Assembly (NCBI GenBank): GCA_013265495.1
Contig: MU058423.1
Coordinates: 4,302,783 to 4,366,782 of the forward strand
Length of the DNA: 64,000 nucleotides
Direction: 5' to 3'
From: Vicugna vicugna
Taxonomy: Eukaryota
Shown here: piece after piece, positions 13,436 through 25,099 of the stretch
How the letters are laid out: each line of letters starts with the position of its first letter
Position numbering within the stretch: position 1 is the first letter of the stretch
Made by a program: the position numbers and the translations under genes
Notes under the pieces: generated by a model
The model's database searches: none
What the model saw: only the letters and a program-made list of their open reading frames with translations
What the model was told of the DNA's origin: nothing

Positions 13436-13475
13436 AGTCGGTAGACATTTGAGCTTAGTCAAATGTCTACCGACT
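13436..13475. repeat. Perfect 17-bp inverted repeat with 6-nt spacer
   Basis: agtcggtagacatttga-gcttag-tcaaatgtctaccgact; the arms are exact reverse complements. Confidence 0.95.
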
Positions 13476-13619
13476 AGACACTGCATGTAAAACAGCTCCT
13501 TTGATTTTGGGGGGAAACATTTCTGTGCTCAAAATTCCCTGTAGTATTTTAAGTTTACATGGTTGTAAGAGGGAAGAACAAATCTGCCTCCATATTAGAT
13601 CTGTTCCTTTGGCTCTAGC

Positions 13620-14082
13620 ACTGTGCTGTTTCCTGTGTGTAGTCATATTGGTTTTGCACATTTGTAAAAGAATGTTGCCTAGAGCCTGAAATATACAGGA
13701 GAGCCTATTCTCAAGGTGCTGACCTGTAAGGGTATTAACATTTTTCCATTCATATAAAGATTTTAAAAACTGAAGAATAGAAAATATAACATTTGTTTTG
13801 TTGGAGGTTTACAGGGACACCATGACCTCACCACGTGGACAGCTGCAAGAACAAAGAATTCCAACACCAATAAGTTTGCAACAACCAACCACACACCCTC
13901 CCCCTTATAGTATAAAAGAAGCCTGATTTCTGACTTGGGGAAGATGATTCTCCAGGGCATTAGTCTGCCATCTTCTCAGTCTGCTGGCTTTCCAAATAGT
14001 CATTATTCCTTGCCCCAACACTTCATCTCCCAATTTCTTGTCCTGTCATGCAGTGACCTGAACGAGTTTGGACTCAGTAACA
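13620..14082 (+). mobile_element. Solo ERV1-class LTR (MER41-like architecture); left end uncertain
   Basis: TATA box tataaaag at 13911, degenerate polyA signal near 13995, and a typical ERV1 LTR terminus gagtttggactcagtaaca. Confidence 0.7.
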
Positions 14083-14229
14083 AGTTGAGTACTTTATGTT
14101 TCCCTAAAATGTCAGAATTAGCTAACAACTGAAGCTTACCTAAGACTAACCTCACATGAACACAAGATTCCCAGTGCCTTGTGTCTTGTTCCATTATTAA
14201 AGGCATGTTTCACGTATTTAAAACATGTT

Positions 14230-14740
14230 TAGGTACAACTCTGCAGAAGTGATAAACAGTCATCCCTACGCCTCAAATCCCTCATGGGTTTCAAGCCATT
14301 GCAGTCGCAAGAAGACATGGCCTTGTATCTCCAACTGCAGGGACTGTAACTGACCAAGGGTCTCAGCTGCTGGGCTCTTAAAACCACCTCTGAGTTGGAC
14401 CAAGACCTACTCTCAGCCAATGACTGAATACAGTAGGGACACTAAGGCAACCAGGTCTTGGGAGATGCAAGGCTCCTCTGATGGATGACTCCTGGCTTAG
14501 AGATCTGCCACTGCCTTTATTGAAATGTTTTAAAAACTGCACCATGGTCTAAAACATTTCCTATCCAATCTCCTTTTCTTCTCTCTCTCTTACACAGGGG
14601 ACATGCATAGTTATCTGACAACTTTCCCAGCTTCCCCCAGCTTCCTCTCCTTTTTCTCTCATGTGAGTTCTTCCCAGTAAGTCTCTTGTATATGTAACCT
14701 CGTCATAGTATCTGCCTCTTGGAGGACCTAAATTAATGCA
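14230..14740 (+). mobile_element. ERVL LTR (LTR16-like)
   Basis: gactgtaactgaccaagggtctcagctgctg and terminus cccagtaagtctcttgta...tctgcctcttggaggacctaaattaatgca resemble the LTR16 family. Confidence 0.65.
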
Positions 14741-14864
14741 CTACTAAAAGTCACATCTTAGGAATGACTGATTTTGCCATCTCTTCAATAAGACAGACAA
14801 CAAAAGTTAACTGACCTAGGGAGAGTCAGGGTGTATCAGGTAATGAATGCCATTGTTAATAATT

Positions 14865-15350
14865 TTACTATTCATCCAGCAATTATCAAAATTTTACTAT
14901 ATGTCAGGTACAGTTCTAGGGGCTTGGGATGCAGAGATGAGTGTGACCTAGTCTTTGCCCCCTACAATTGCATTGACTGGCAAGGAAGGCAACATCCCCT
15001 GAATAAATTAAATAAATTAAATAGACAAATTAAATAAATTAAATAGATACCTAGTGTTATGGGAACTCATTTTGAGAAGTAATTGATTTTTCTACAAGAG
15101 AAAGGTTGAGGGTGGAGGTTCAGTGATCTGAGTCTTAAAACTGGAGTAGGAGTAGGCATTCACCACATGGAGAAAGCAAGAGGAAAAGTTTCCAATCAGA
15201 GGGTACAGCAGAAGCAAAGAAGGAAGGTAGGCAATTATGTGGGATACGTGGGAAGTGCTGAATAGCAGATGTGGCTAGAACTTAGAGTGATCTGGGGGAG
15301 GGTGGTAGAACTGAGAAAGCAGAAATTGTTGCCATGATAAGACAGTGATT
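14865..15350 (-). mobile_element. L2 LINE 3' fragment
   Basis: attcatccagcaatt...tactatatgtcaggtacagttctaggggcttgggat is the reverse L2 3' end; it contains an internal (aataaatta)n expansion near 15002-15043. Confidence 0.65.
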
Positions 15351-15597
15351 GACTACTATGCTGAGGTCTAGTAAATAAATGTCTGGATATACTGTTTTGC
15401 TCCTTACATGAGGGAAGAGGTAATGTATGTATAATCTAAATGGGATGTATAATCTAAAGTATGTATAAATCTAAATGGGATCGGATTTATAGCAGAAGCT
15501 GAGAAGGACACAAAGAAAAAGGTCTGATCCCTACCTTTGATGTCCATGAGACTTCATAGGGATGTATGAAACAAAATTAGTTAATTATCATCTATAC

Positions 15598-17467
15598 ATT
15601 TTTTATTAAAATATAGTTGATTTGCAGTATTATATTAGCTTCAGGTGTACAGCATAGTGCTTCAATATTTTTGTAGATTATACTCCATTTAAACTTATTA
15701 TGAAATAATGGCTATATTATTCACTCTGCTGTACAACATATCCTTGTTGCTTATTTATTTTGTGCATAGTAGTTTGTATCTCTTAATCCCACACCCCTGT
15801 GTTGCTTCTCCCCTCTTTCTTCTCCCCACTAGTAACCACTAGTTTGTTCTCTTTACCTATGCATCTGTTCTTGTTTTGTTATACATATTCATTTGTGTTA
15901 TTTTCAGATTCCATATATAAGTGATAACAGAAAGTATTTGTCTTTCTCTGTCTGATTTATTTCAGTAAGCATAATACCATTTAGGTTTATTCACATTGTT
16001 GCAAATGGTAGAATTTCATTCTTTTTTATGGTTGAGTCAAATTCCATTGTATATACACCACATCTTTCTTAACCATTAATTTGTGGATGGACTTCTGGGT
16101 TGTTTCCATATCTTGGCAATTATAAATAATGCTACTGTGAACACTGGGGTGCATATATCTATTCAAGTTAGTGGGTTTTTAAAAAAATATATATGCCCAG
16201 GAGTGGAATTGCTAGGTCATATGGTATTTCTATTTTTAGTTTTTTGAGAAACCTCCATACTATTTCCCATAGTGGTTGTGCTAATTTACATTCCCACCAA
16301 CAGTGTACAAAGATTCCCTTTTCTCCACATCCTGGACAACCTTTGTTATTTGTAGACTTTTTGAAGATAGCCATTCTGACAGGTGTGAGGTGATATCTCA
16401 TTGTGGTTTTGATTTGCATTTCTTTAATATTTAGTGATGCTGAGCATCTTTTCATGTGCCTGTTAGCCATCTGCATGTCTTCTTTGGAAAAAATGTCTAT
16501 TCAGGTCTTCTGCCCATTTATTGATTGGGTTGTTTATTTTTTTGATATTGAGTTGGATGAGCTGTTTATGTATTTTGGATATTAACCCCCTATTGGTAAC
16601 GGTCATGTAAATTTGCAAATATTTTTTCCCATTCAGTAGGTTGTCCTTTCATCTTGTTGATGTTTTCCTTTGTTGTGCAAAGGCTTTTAAGTTTATTAGG
16701 TCCATTTATTTTTGTTTTTATCTCTTTTGTCTTAGGAGACAGATCCAAAAATATACTGCTATGATTTATATCAAAGAGTGCTCTGCCTATGTTCTCTTCT
16801 AGGAGTTTTATGGTTTCAGATCTTACATTCAGGTCTTTTAATCCATTTGAATTTATTTTTGTATATAGTATGGAAAAATGTTTTAATCTCATTTCTTTAC
16901 ATATAGCTGCCTGGTTTTCCCAGAACCACTCACTGAAGAGAATGGCTTTTCTCCATTGTATATTCTTGACTCCTTCGTCATAGATTAATTGATCATAGGT
17001 GCATGGTTTATTTCTGGGCTTTCTATCCTGTCCTATTGATTTATGTGTCTGTTTTTGTGTCAGTACCATGCTGTTTTGATTAAATAATTTTGTAGTATAA
17101 TCCAAAAGTCAGGGAGCATGATGCCTCCAGCTTTGTTCTTCTTACTCAAGATTGCTTTGGTAATTCAGGGTCTTTTGTGACTTCATTTAAATTTTAGGAT
17201 TATTTGTTCTAGTTCTGTGAAAAATGTTATGAGTATTTTTATAGGGATTTCATTAAATCTGTAGATTGTTTTGGATAATTTGGACATTTTAACAATATCC
17301 ATTCTTCCAATCCAAGAACACAGAATATTTTCCATTTCTATGCATTATCTTTGATTTCCTTCCTCAGCATTTTACAGTTGTAAGAGTATCGGTCTTTTAA
17401 CTCCTTGGTTAAAGTTATTCTTAGGTATTTCATTCTTTCTGATGGGATTTTAGATGAGATTTTTGGT

Positions 17468-17513
<46 letters not shown>

Positions 17514-17941
17514 TTCTCTTTCTGATAGTTCTTTATTAGTGTATAGAAAAGTAACAGGTTTCCGTATATTAATCTTGTATCCTGAAGCTTTACTGAATTC
17601 ATTTATTTGTTCTAATAGCTCTTTGGTGGAGACGTTTGGGTTTTCTATATATATTAGCATGCCATCCTCATATAGTGATAGTTTTACTTCCTGTCCAATT
17701 TTGATGCCTTCTATTTCTTTTTCTTGTCTGACTGCTGTGGCTAGGAGTTCCAATACCATATTAAATAGAAGTGGTGAGAGTGGCTTCCTTGTCTTTTTCC
17801 TTATTTAGAGGAAAGGCTTTCAGCTTTTCACTGCTGGGTATGGTGTTAGCTGTGGGTTTGTCATAAATGGTCTTTATTATGTTTAGGTATGTTCCCTCCA
17901 TACCAACTTTGAGAGTTTTCATCATAAATGGACGTTGAATT
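15598..17941 (-). mobile_element. LINE-1, about 2.3 kb, 5'-truncated (ORF2 C-terminal half plus 3' UTR), multiply disrupted
   Basis: ORF fragments 16168-16476, 16590-17105 and 17430-17759 (minus) translate to L1 ORF2 ([44 protein letters not shown]). The 3' UTR and T-tract lie near 15600. Confidence 0.96.
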
Positions 17942-18529
17942 TATCTACATTTTATTTTGTCTAGAAAATATTTCAGGTGGCTAACATGATTATATTTAGT
18001 ACCATCTATACTCCAAGTGCTGGAGGAGTCACAGGAAAATAAGAGAGAAGTCTCCTTTGTCACTGGAGTGCATGGTCTGTGGACAGAATGATGAAAGAAA
18101 ACACAACAATGTTGTAAGAGCTATGAAAATGAGGACTTCTAGGTTCTTAGGGAACACAGAGGAGCAATTATTTAGGGAGTGGGTGATGGAGGGGTGGTCA
18201 GGAAGTTTCCCAGAATAAGTGTCTAAGCTGAGCCTTAGTGCAGCAACTTTTATGTATAACCAAATGCTAAACAATAAATGTTCAGAATAATTTCAGTGTC
18301 ACTCTAATGCCCTCATAGAATCAAACGTAAACTCCTCTGCCAACATATATAATGTCCTTCACAAGCTGTTAGTAGTGAGAGATAACTTATCTCAAGTGTC
18401 TTCCTACTTATTGCTCAGAGAAAATCCTCATATGGCAAAATAGGTTTGACTATAAAGTTCCTGGATGTGGCTTTCATCTAGACAATATATCTCCACTCTT
18501 GCCTGCTCCTCTAAACCCTTTCCTTACCA

Positions 18530-18705
18530 GCTAGGAGGCTGAAGCAAGTTACTTAACTGCTTGTGCTTCAGTTTACTCGTCTGTAAAATGGTCATGTTAT
18601 GTGCCTAGCATATAGGATTGTGTGAGGCATAAATGAGTTCATTATATACAGATGGTCCCTGGTACAAGGTAAATGCTACATAAGTGTTTCAAATTTTTAC
18701 TACTG
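18530..18705 (+). mobile_element. MIR SINE
   Basis: gcaagttacttaactgcttgtgcttcagtttactcgtctgtaaaatgg matches the MIR core. Confidence 0.8.
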
Positions 18706-18879
18706 CCCTTACTTAGTGCTCAATACAAGTCTTACCTATACTAACAAGTCTATCCAAATAGCACGCTCATGGCAGGGGGTGGGAGGGGATATTTCATTCT
18801 TGAAATCTGACAGCACTTTAATATTCTCTGTGGACACTTAGCACATAATACCTAAAATGTTACTTGTTGTTTTTCCAGA

Positions 18880-19095
18880 ATGGGCCCTGAAGACAGCCTG
18901 CCTGGGTTAGAATTCCAGCACCAACTCCTTGTGTGCCTTGGGGAAGTTACTCCTCAGCCTCAAGCCTCTCACTTGTAAACTGCAGAAACAATACTCACCT
19001 AAATGGGCTCTTGCACAATTTGAGTGGAAAAATTATATACATAAGTTTTTTACAGGGTAGGTGGCACATAAGAGCTGACTAAACGTTTGATGTTA
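18880..19095 (+). mobile_element. MIR SINE
   Basis: gacagcctgcctgggttagaattccagcacc...tgtgccttggggaagttact resembles the MIR 5' part and core. Confidence 0.75.
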
Positions 19096-19595
19096 GTAAG
19101 TTGTAATTTCTGCATGCACAGAGCTGTGCCTTAATTCTCAAACTCCCAGCACCTAGTATAGTGGCTAGACCGTAAATCATCATCATGATAAAATTCACAA
19201 GAGAAGTCGAAATCATCGTCAGAAAGTTACTGGGAAGTAAAACAACAAAGGTGGGTGGGTTTACACCTCATGTACTCTATTTAATGCAGATTCAGCGAGC
19301 ACTGACTGGGACTGTGGGTTACCTGACTATGAGTGATGCAGAGTCACCAACATCCCCGTAAACTAACAGATGCGATGACATGTATAGAATAAAACATAAT
19401 AAGAAATTTATAATTCACTTTCCAAATTGAAAAAATTCAGAACTATGAGAAAAAAACACTCCATTCATTTCTCAAATATTCATTCAGCACCTATTATGTC
19501 ACAGTATGTAAATCACAGCATGAGGCACCTCCACGGAAGAAGCAAGGGAAAGAGGGCAGGAATGGCTGCTGTTCGTTCCCTCCTGCTCCTTGTAT

Positions 19596-21399
19596 GTATG
19601 TATGTATGTATGTATGCATGTGTGTATCTATGTATCTATTTATTTATTTATTAAGTACAATCAGTTACAATGTGTCAATCTCTGGTGTACAGCACAATGT
19701 CCCAGTCAGGCATATATATACATATATTAGTTTTCATATTCTTTTCTTTAAAAGTTATTATAAGATATTGAATATAGTTCCCTGTGCTATAAAGAAGAAA
19801 TTTGTTATTTTTATCTGTTTTTATATATAGTGGCTAACATTTGCAAATCTCAAACTCCCAAATTTATCCCTTCCCATCACCTTTTCCCCAGTAACCATAA
19901 GATTGTTTACTATGTCTGCCAGTCTGTTTCTGTTTTGCAGATGAGTTCATTAGTGTCCTCTTTTTTTTTTCTTTCTGTAGATTCCAAATGTAAGTGATAT
20001 ATCATATGGTATTTTTTTTCTTTCTGGCTTAATTCACTTAGAATGATGATCTCTGGGTCCATCCATGTTGCTGCAAATGGCATTATTTTATTCTTTTTAT
20101 GGCTGAGTAGTATTCCATTGTATAAATATACCACAGCTTCTTTATCCAGTCCTCTGTTGATGGACATTGAGGTTGTTTCCATGCCTTGGCTATTGTATAT
20201 AATGCTGCTATGAACATTGGGGTGCATGTATCTTTTTAAATTAGAGTTCCCTCCAGATATATGCCCAGGAGTGCATCATATGGTAAGTCTATTTTTAGTT
20301 TTTTGAGGAATCGCCATACTGTTTTCCATATGGTTGCACCTAATCACATTCCCACCAACAGTGAAGGACGGTTCCCTTTTCTCCACACCCTCTCTAGCAT
20401 TTATTGTTTTCGGACTTCTGAATGATGGCCATTCTGACTGGTGTGAGGTAATACCTCATTGTAGTTTTGATTTTCATGTCTCTGATAATTAGTGATATTG
20501 AGCATTTTTTTTCATGTGCCTATTGGCCATTTGTATGTTTTCATTGGAGAATTGCTTGTTTAGGTCTTCTATTTTTTTGATTAGGTTGTTTGTTTTTTTC
20601 TTATTAAGTTGTATGAGCTGTTTATATATTTTGGAAATGAAACCTTTGTCAGTCACATCATTTGCAAATATTTTCTCCCATTCCATAGGTTGTCATTTTG
20701 TTTTACTTATGGTTTCCTTCATTGTGCAAAAGCTTATATGTTTAATTAGTTTATTTGTTTATCTCATTTATTTATTTTTGCTTTTATTTCTATTGCCTGT
20801 GTAGACTGTCCTAGGAGAACACTGGTAAGATTTATGTCAGAGAATGTTTTTCCTATGTTTTCTTCTAAAAGGTTTATTGTGTCTTGTCTTATATTTGTTT
20901 TTAAGCCATTTTGAGTTTATTTTTGTGTATGGTGTGAAGGAGTGTTGTAACTTCATTGATTTACATACTGCTGTCCAGTTTTTTCAACACTACTTGCTGA
21001 AGAGACTGTCTTTTCTCCAATGTATAGTCTTGCCTCCTTTGTTGAAGATTAATTAACCATAGGTCTGTGGGTTTATTTCTGGTTTCTCTATTCTGTTCCA
21101 TTGATCCATGTGTCTGTGCCAATACCAGGCTGTTTTGATTACTGTAGCTTTGTAGGATTGTCTGAAGTCTGGAAGGGTAATTCCTCCAGCTACATTCTTT
21201 TTCTTCAATATTATTTTGGTACTTCTGGGCCTTCTGTGATTTCATATAAATTTTAGGATTATTTGTTCTAGTTCTCTGAAAAATGTCATGGGTAATTTGA
21301 TAAGGATTGCATTAAATCTGTAGATTGCCTTGAGCAATATGGCCATTTTAACAATACTGATTCTTCCAATCCAAGAGCATGGGATATCTTTCCATTTCT
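19596..21399 (-). mobile_element. LINE-1, about 1.8 kb, 5'-truncated, probably lineage-specific, with exact 12-bp TSD
   Basis: ORF2 C-terminal fragments ([54 protein letters not shown]). TSD tgctccttgtat at 19584-19595 and 21400-21411. Tail converted to (TATG)n/(TATT)n. Confidence 0.97.
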
Positions 21400-24179
21400 T
21401 GCTCCTTGTATTTAAAAAACAAAACCAAAGCAAACCAACCCCCTCTGCCACCGAGAAAAAAAAATCCACTATAAGCAAAAATAACTATTTTGTTTTATAT
21501 TTTGCATTTCCAAAGGCAGCTGTCCTACAATCCCCTTAACAATTCTTAGGCATGAGGGTGAGCCTTTAATAACTTGAGAGAATTTATCATAACTTACCCT
21601 TATTCAGAAACCAATACATGCTTCCACCAGGATTCACACCTCCTAAGGTCTGAGTCCAATTGCTCACTCCCAGTTCTACTCCTCTTCCACATCACTCAGT
21701 GGATCTCTTCTCCCATTCCTCTCACACCCTGCCAGCCTGCTCAGGACGTCCCTGTCCTGACATCTGTCAGCTTCTGGGTCACCTGCATCACTCAGCCAGG
21801 CCTGATACTACTACTAAAAAAAAAAGTGAATAAAAAGCACTAACCTCATAGAAAGGGTAAAAGGCTACATATTTCATTCCTTTACTAAGAAATGGGAAAT
21901 TATTGATCTTTGCTTCTTATCATCATAAGAAAAGCAAGCTGCTTGAAAAACAATGATAGTAAGGGATGTGCTAAGCAATCTTTAAGTATTTATGATGCTT
22001 TAGATTAGTCGTGTCCTATAGACAATTTTACTAGAGCTTTTAAGTGCTTCCGATTTCAGTGCTTTGAATTGCTTAAGCATTTATACTTAATGGTTATACA
22101 ATGATAATGCCTACTCTCTTAATACCACAGCACTGAAAGCCAAATTTACACATTACGTATCACTTTTAAAGACTGGTTTTTCAAGTGACTTACAAAACAC
22201 TATCAAACCTCAACATCAGCCCTCGACAGACTAGCTTTCTCTTGGTCACCTATGTATATATGGGAGAAATGGGTCCTTCTGGGGGTTTGTGGCTGCCTCT
22301 AAGGGTTTACAGGTATTTCACAGAGCCAGGAAAAGCACAAAAACAAACTTCCCAAGGGTGAACGTCATCGTCTTGCTCCATGTGCCCACGGGAATTCACT
22401 GCAACAAAATTCCCTGGGGGGCTGATTTGAATACCATTTTCTCAGTGGAATTCTTTGTAAAACGCTCATTTATTAGCCACCAAGGACTCTGGTGCTTAGA
22501 TAAGCTCATCAGAGAGCTAAAAAGTCATGGAGCAAATGCAGAGAGTCATTAGTTTATAATATAAACTCCACAGGGATGAAACAATGCCTATTTTTCCATG
22601 TTCTGAAAGGAAGTAGAGAGAAGGAGACACTTTGCCACATGAAGAAGAATTATTTGAAATAAATACTGAGCAATCTATTTTAGTTCATTTAAAAATAGTA
22701 TTATTAGTATTACTACTAATACTATTATTCACAAAGCTAAACAATACTGTTATTGACGGTACTAACTAGGTCATTTGAAAGGCATGGTATTGACACAAGG
22801 AGGCGCTCAGTAAATATTTGCTGGAGAGTCACAGTCATCAAGGATACTTTACCAAAGCTGATTTCCATTTGACTTTTAAAAGTTCTCGGCACCATTATTT
22901 GGTCAGAGGGAATTTTAACTAGAAGAGACGGTTTTAGCTTGAAACTCTGAATCATTGTTTTTAGAACAGGTACTAAACTTGACAGAACAAGGTCTTACCT
23001 CCCCATAATTCCCTCTTTTCATTAATGTCATTTTTTCCCCAATGCATTTAAAAGACAGTGCATGCCCTAGATTCTGAAGTCACTAATATATATTCATGAG
23101 CCAAACATGATTGGAGAGTTATCCTGCAAAGCTCTATACCTTATCATGTTCTTGTCTCAGATTACTCGCACTTTTTTGACCCAAAGATGAGGAAATGTCT
23201 ATCTGACCAGACCCGGGAGAGTCCACACTTGCCTGTGTCATACCCTTATATATGACAACGTTACTGCTACCGCCTGTTTTTCATTAAACATAAATTCATA
23301 TAAAAAGACTGTTGTGACAGAATATATCAGTTTGCTATTATAATTAAATTATCTAGGACTTCATTCATCTGCAGGTTGAGTTTATTGAGATTTTTGGTGT
23401 CTGCCAGCTACCAACATGCTTTTCTTGCTTTAAATACAACTCTGAGTATATGGTAGTAATTTCATAAGCTGACTCAGGAATAAAATGGAAAAAGGAAACC
23501 TTGGACATTTTAAACAAAAGTAATAAATGCTGGAAGAGGACAGGTTTGTTTAGATCAGAATTTAAAAATTTTAACTGGTTTTGTCTGATAATAATGCTTA
23601 TAATCTCAATTAAAATATATTTTAAATTGATTTCTAATACCTGGAGACCAGCATCATAACCTTTGTAAACCAGGGTATTATAACTACTTAAATTTTGTTT
23701 GATTTTAGAATTATGTCTAAATATTGTCACCTGCTTTTTGTGGTTAGGCAATCTGCCTCCTGAATCTTTCTGGTTGAATATGCAGAACACCTTCCATTGA
23801 TAAATTAGTTCTTCAGTGTTTGACATGAACTCACTTGGCGTGAAGTCAATTTCCTCATTATTAGAATCATCCTGTAAGTTGTACCTTGTTATAGATAAAG
23901 GGTACTTTAGCTATATGATCATACATTGTGCAGGCAAAGCAAACACAGAATCATGTTAACCTGTCTTCTTTTCAGATGATTCACCACCATTAAAAAACTT
24001 AATTTTTAAGTTCAGAGAAACATGTCAGACTTTGACAAGGAGAAGGGAGTAATGCTACACTTTAGGGAGACAAGTCAATGCATTCAGACTACAATGCTTC
24101 ATTTAGGAAGTGGACAAAAAGTTTATATTTTGGAGATGAATGTAACTCCAAATTATGAACTATTAGTAAACAGCTCTCT

Positions 24180-24395
24180 GACAGTATAATTAATAACAGA
24201 AATACTAGTAAATGCATACTGAATGCTATATATTATTTGTTTATTTCAAACATCATAACGAACTTATTCTTTCCACTTCAGAAATTAGGAAACTAAGTCT
24301 TAGAAATGTTATGTAATTTTATAAGTTTGCTGAGATAAGAATTTAAAAAGTTAGTTTCAAACTGAGACTTGCCTAATTACAAAGCTTGAGCTTTG
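24180..24395 (-). mobile_element. MIR SINE, diverged
   Basis: ttaggaaactaagtcttagaaatgttatgtaattt resembles the reverse MIR core. Confidence 0.55.
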
Positions 24396-25099
24396 AAATC
24401 GCATTATTAAATGAGGAAATAAGCCAACCACAGCAATCTGCAATGGGGTTTTCATATCTTACAAAACTATTTGCAGAAATGATAAAATAATTTTGATTAA
24501 AACATGAAAAACTCAATACATGTGACAGGTCAGAAAATGTTAAGAAAATAATGCAATAATATATGGCTGTAGTTGGGTGAACAAGTTATGTTTGTTTTCT
24601 CTTTTAAAAAGTTATTTGCTGTTTTACATCTGTCCTTCTGCTTAAGATGACTTGGATTTGGTTTTCACCAAATTTGGAACAATTTTTTTGTGCAGAAGCC
24701 CAGCCTGAAATAAAAAGGCAGTTGATGATAATTTTCATATTGGCATACTTTGTGTAATATTCAGTGGCTTTTCAATGGCATTTGGAACATGAATAGAAAT
24801 TACAGAGCCAGCTATCCTAAAAGGAAAACAATTGTTTAGGCTACCATTGTGAAGGCATCGATTAAAAAATTGCCTTAAAGCGGCTGACTTGTACATGCTT
24901 AGTTGAATTTACAGTATTTCAAGAGAGAAGTCTGAAAAAGGAAAGAAGAAATATCTCCCAAAAGAACTGTCAGAGAAACTAAGTATTCTAACAACATAAA
25001 ATGTAACAGGCATAAGTCTTTCCTCCATTTACACATTTGTGCCACAGAGACAAAAGGAATGACTGACATCCTAATTTCTCATGGTCAACCAAGGACCTC

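Noticed and set aside
21240..21399. Apparent segmental duplication with 1-165 and about 17180-17340
   Set aside because: These are homologous parts of three independent L1 insertions with different ends and flanks.
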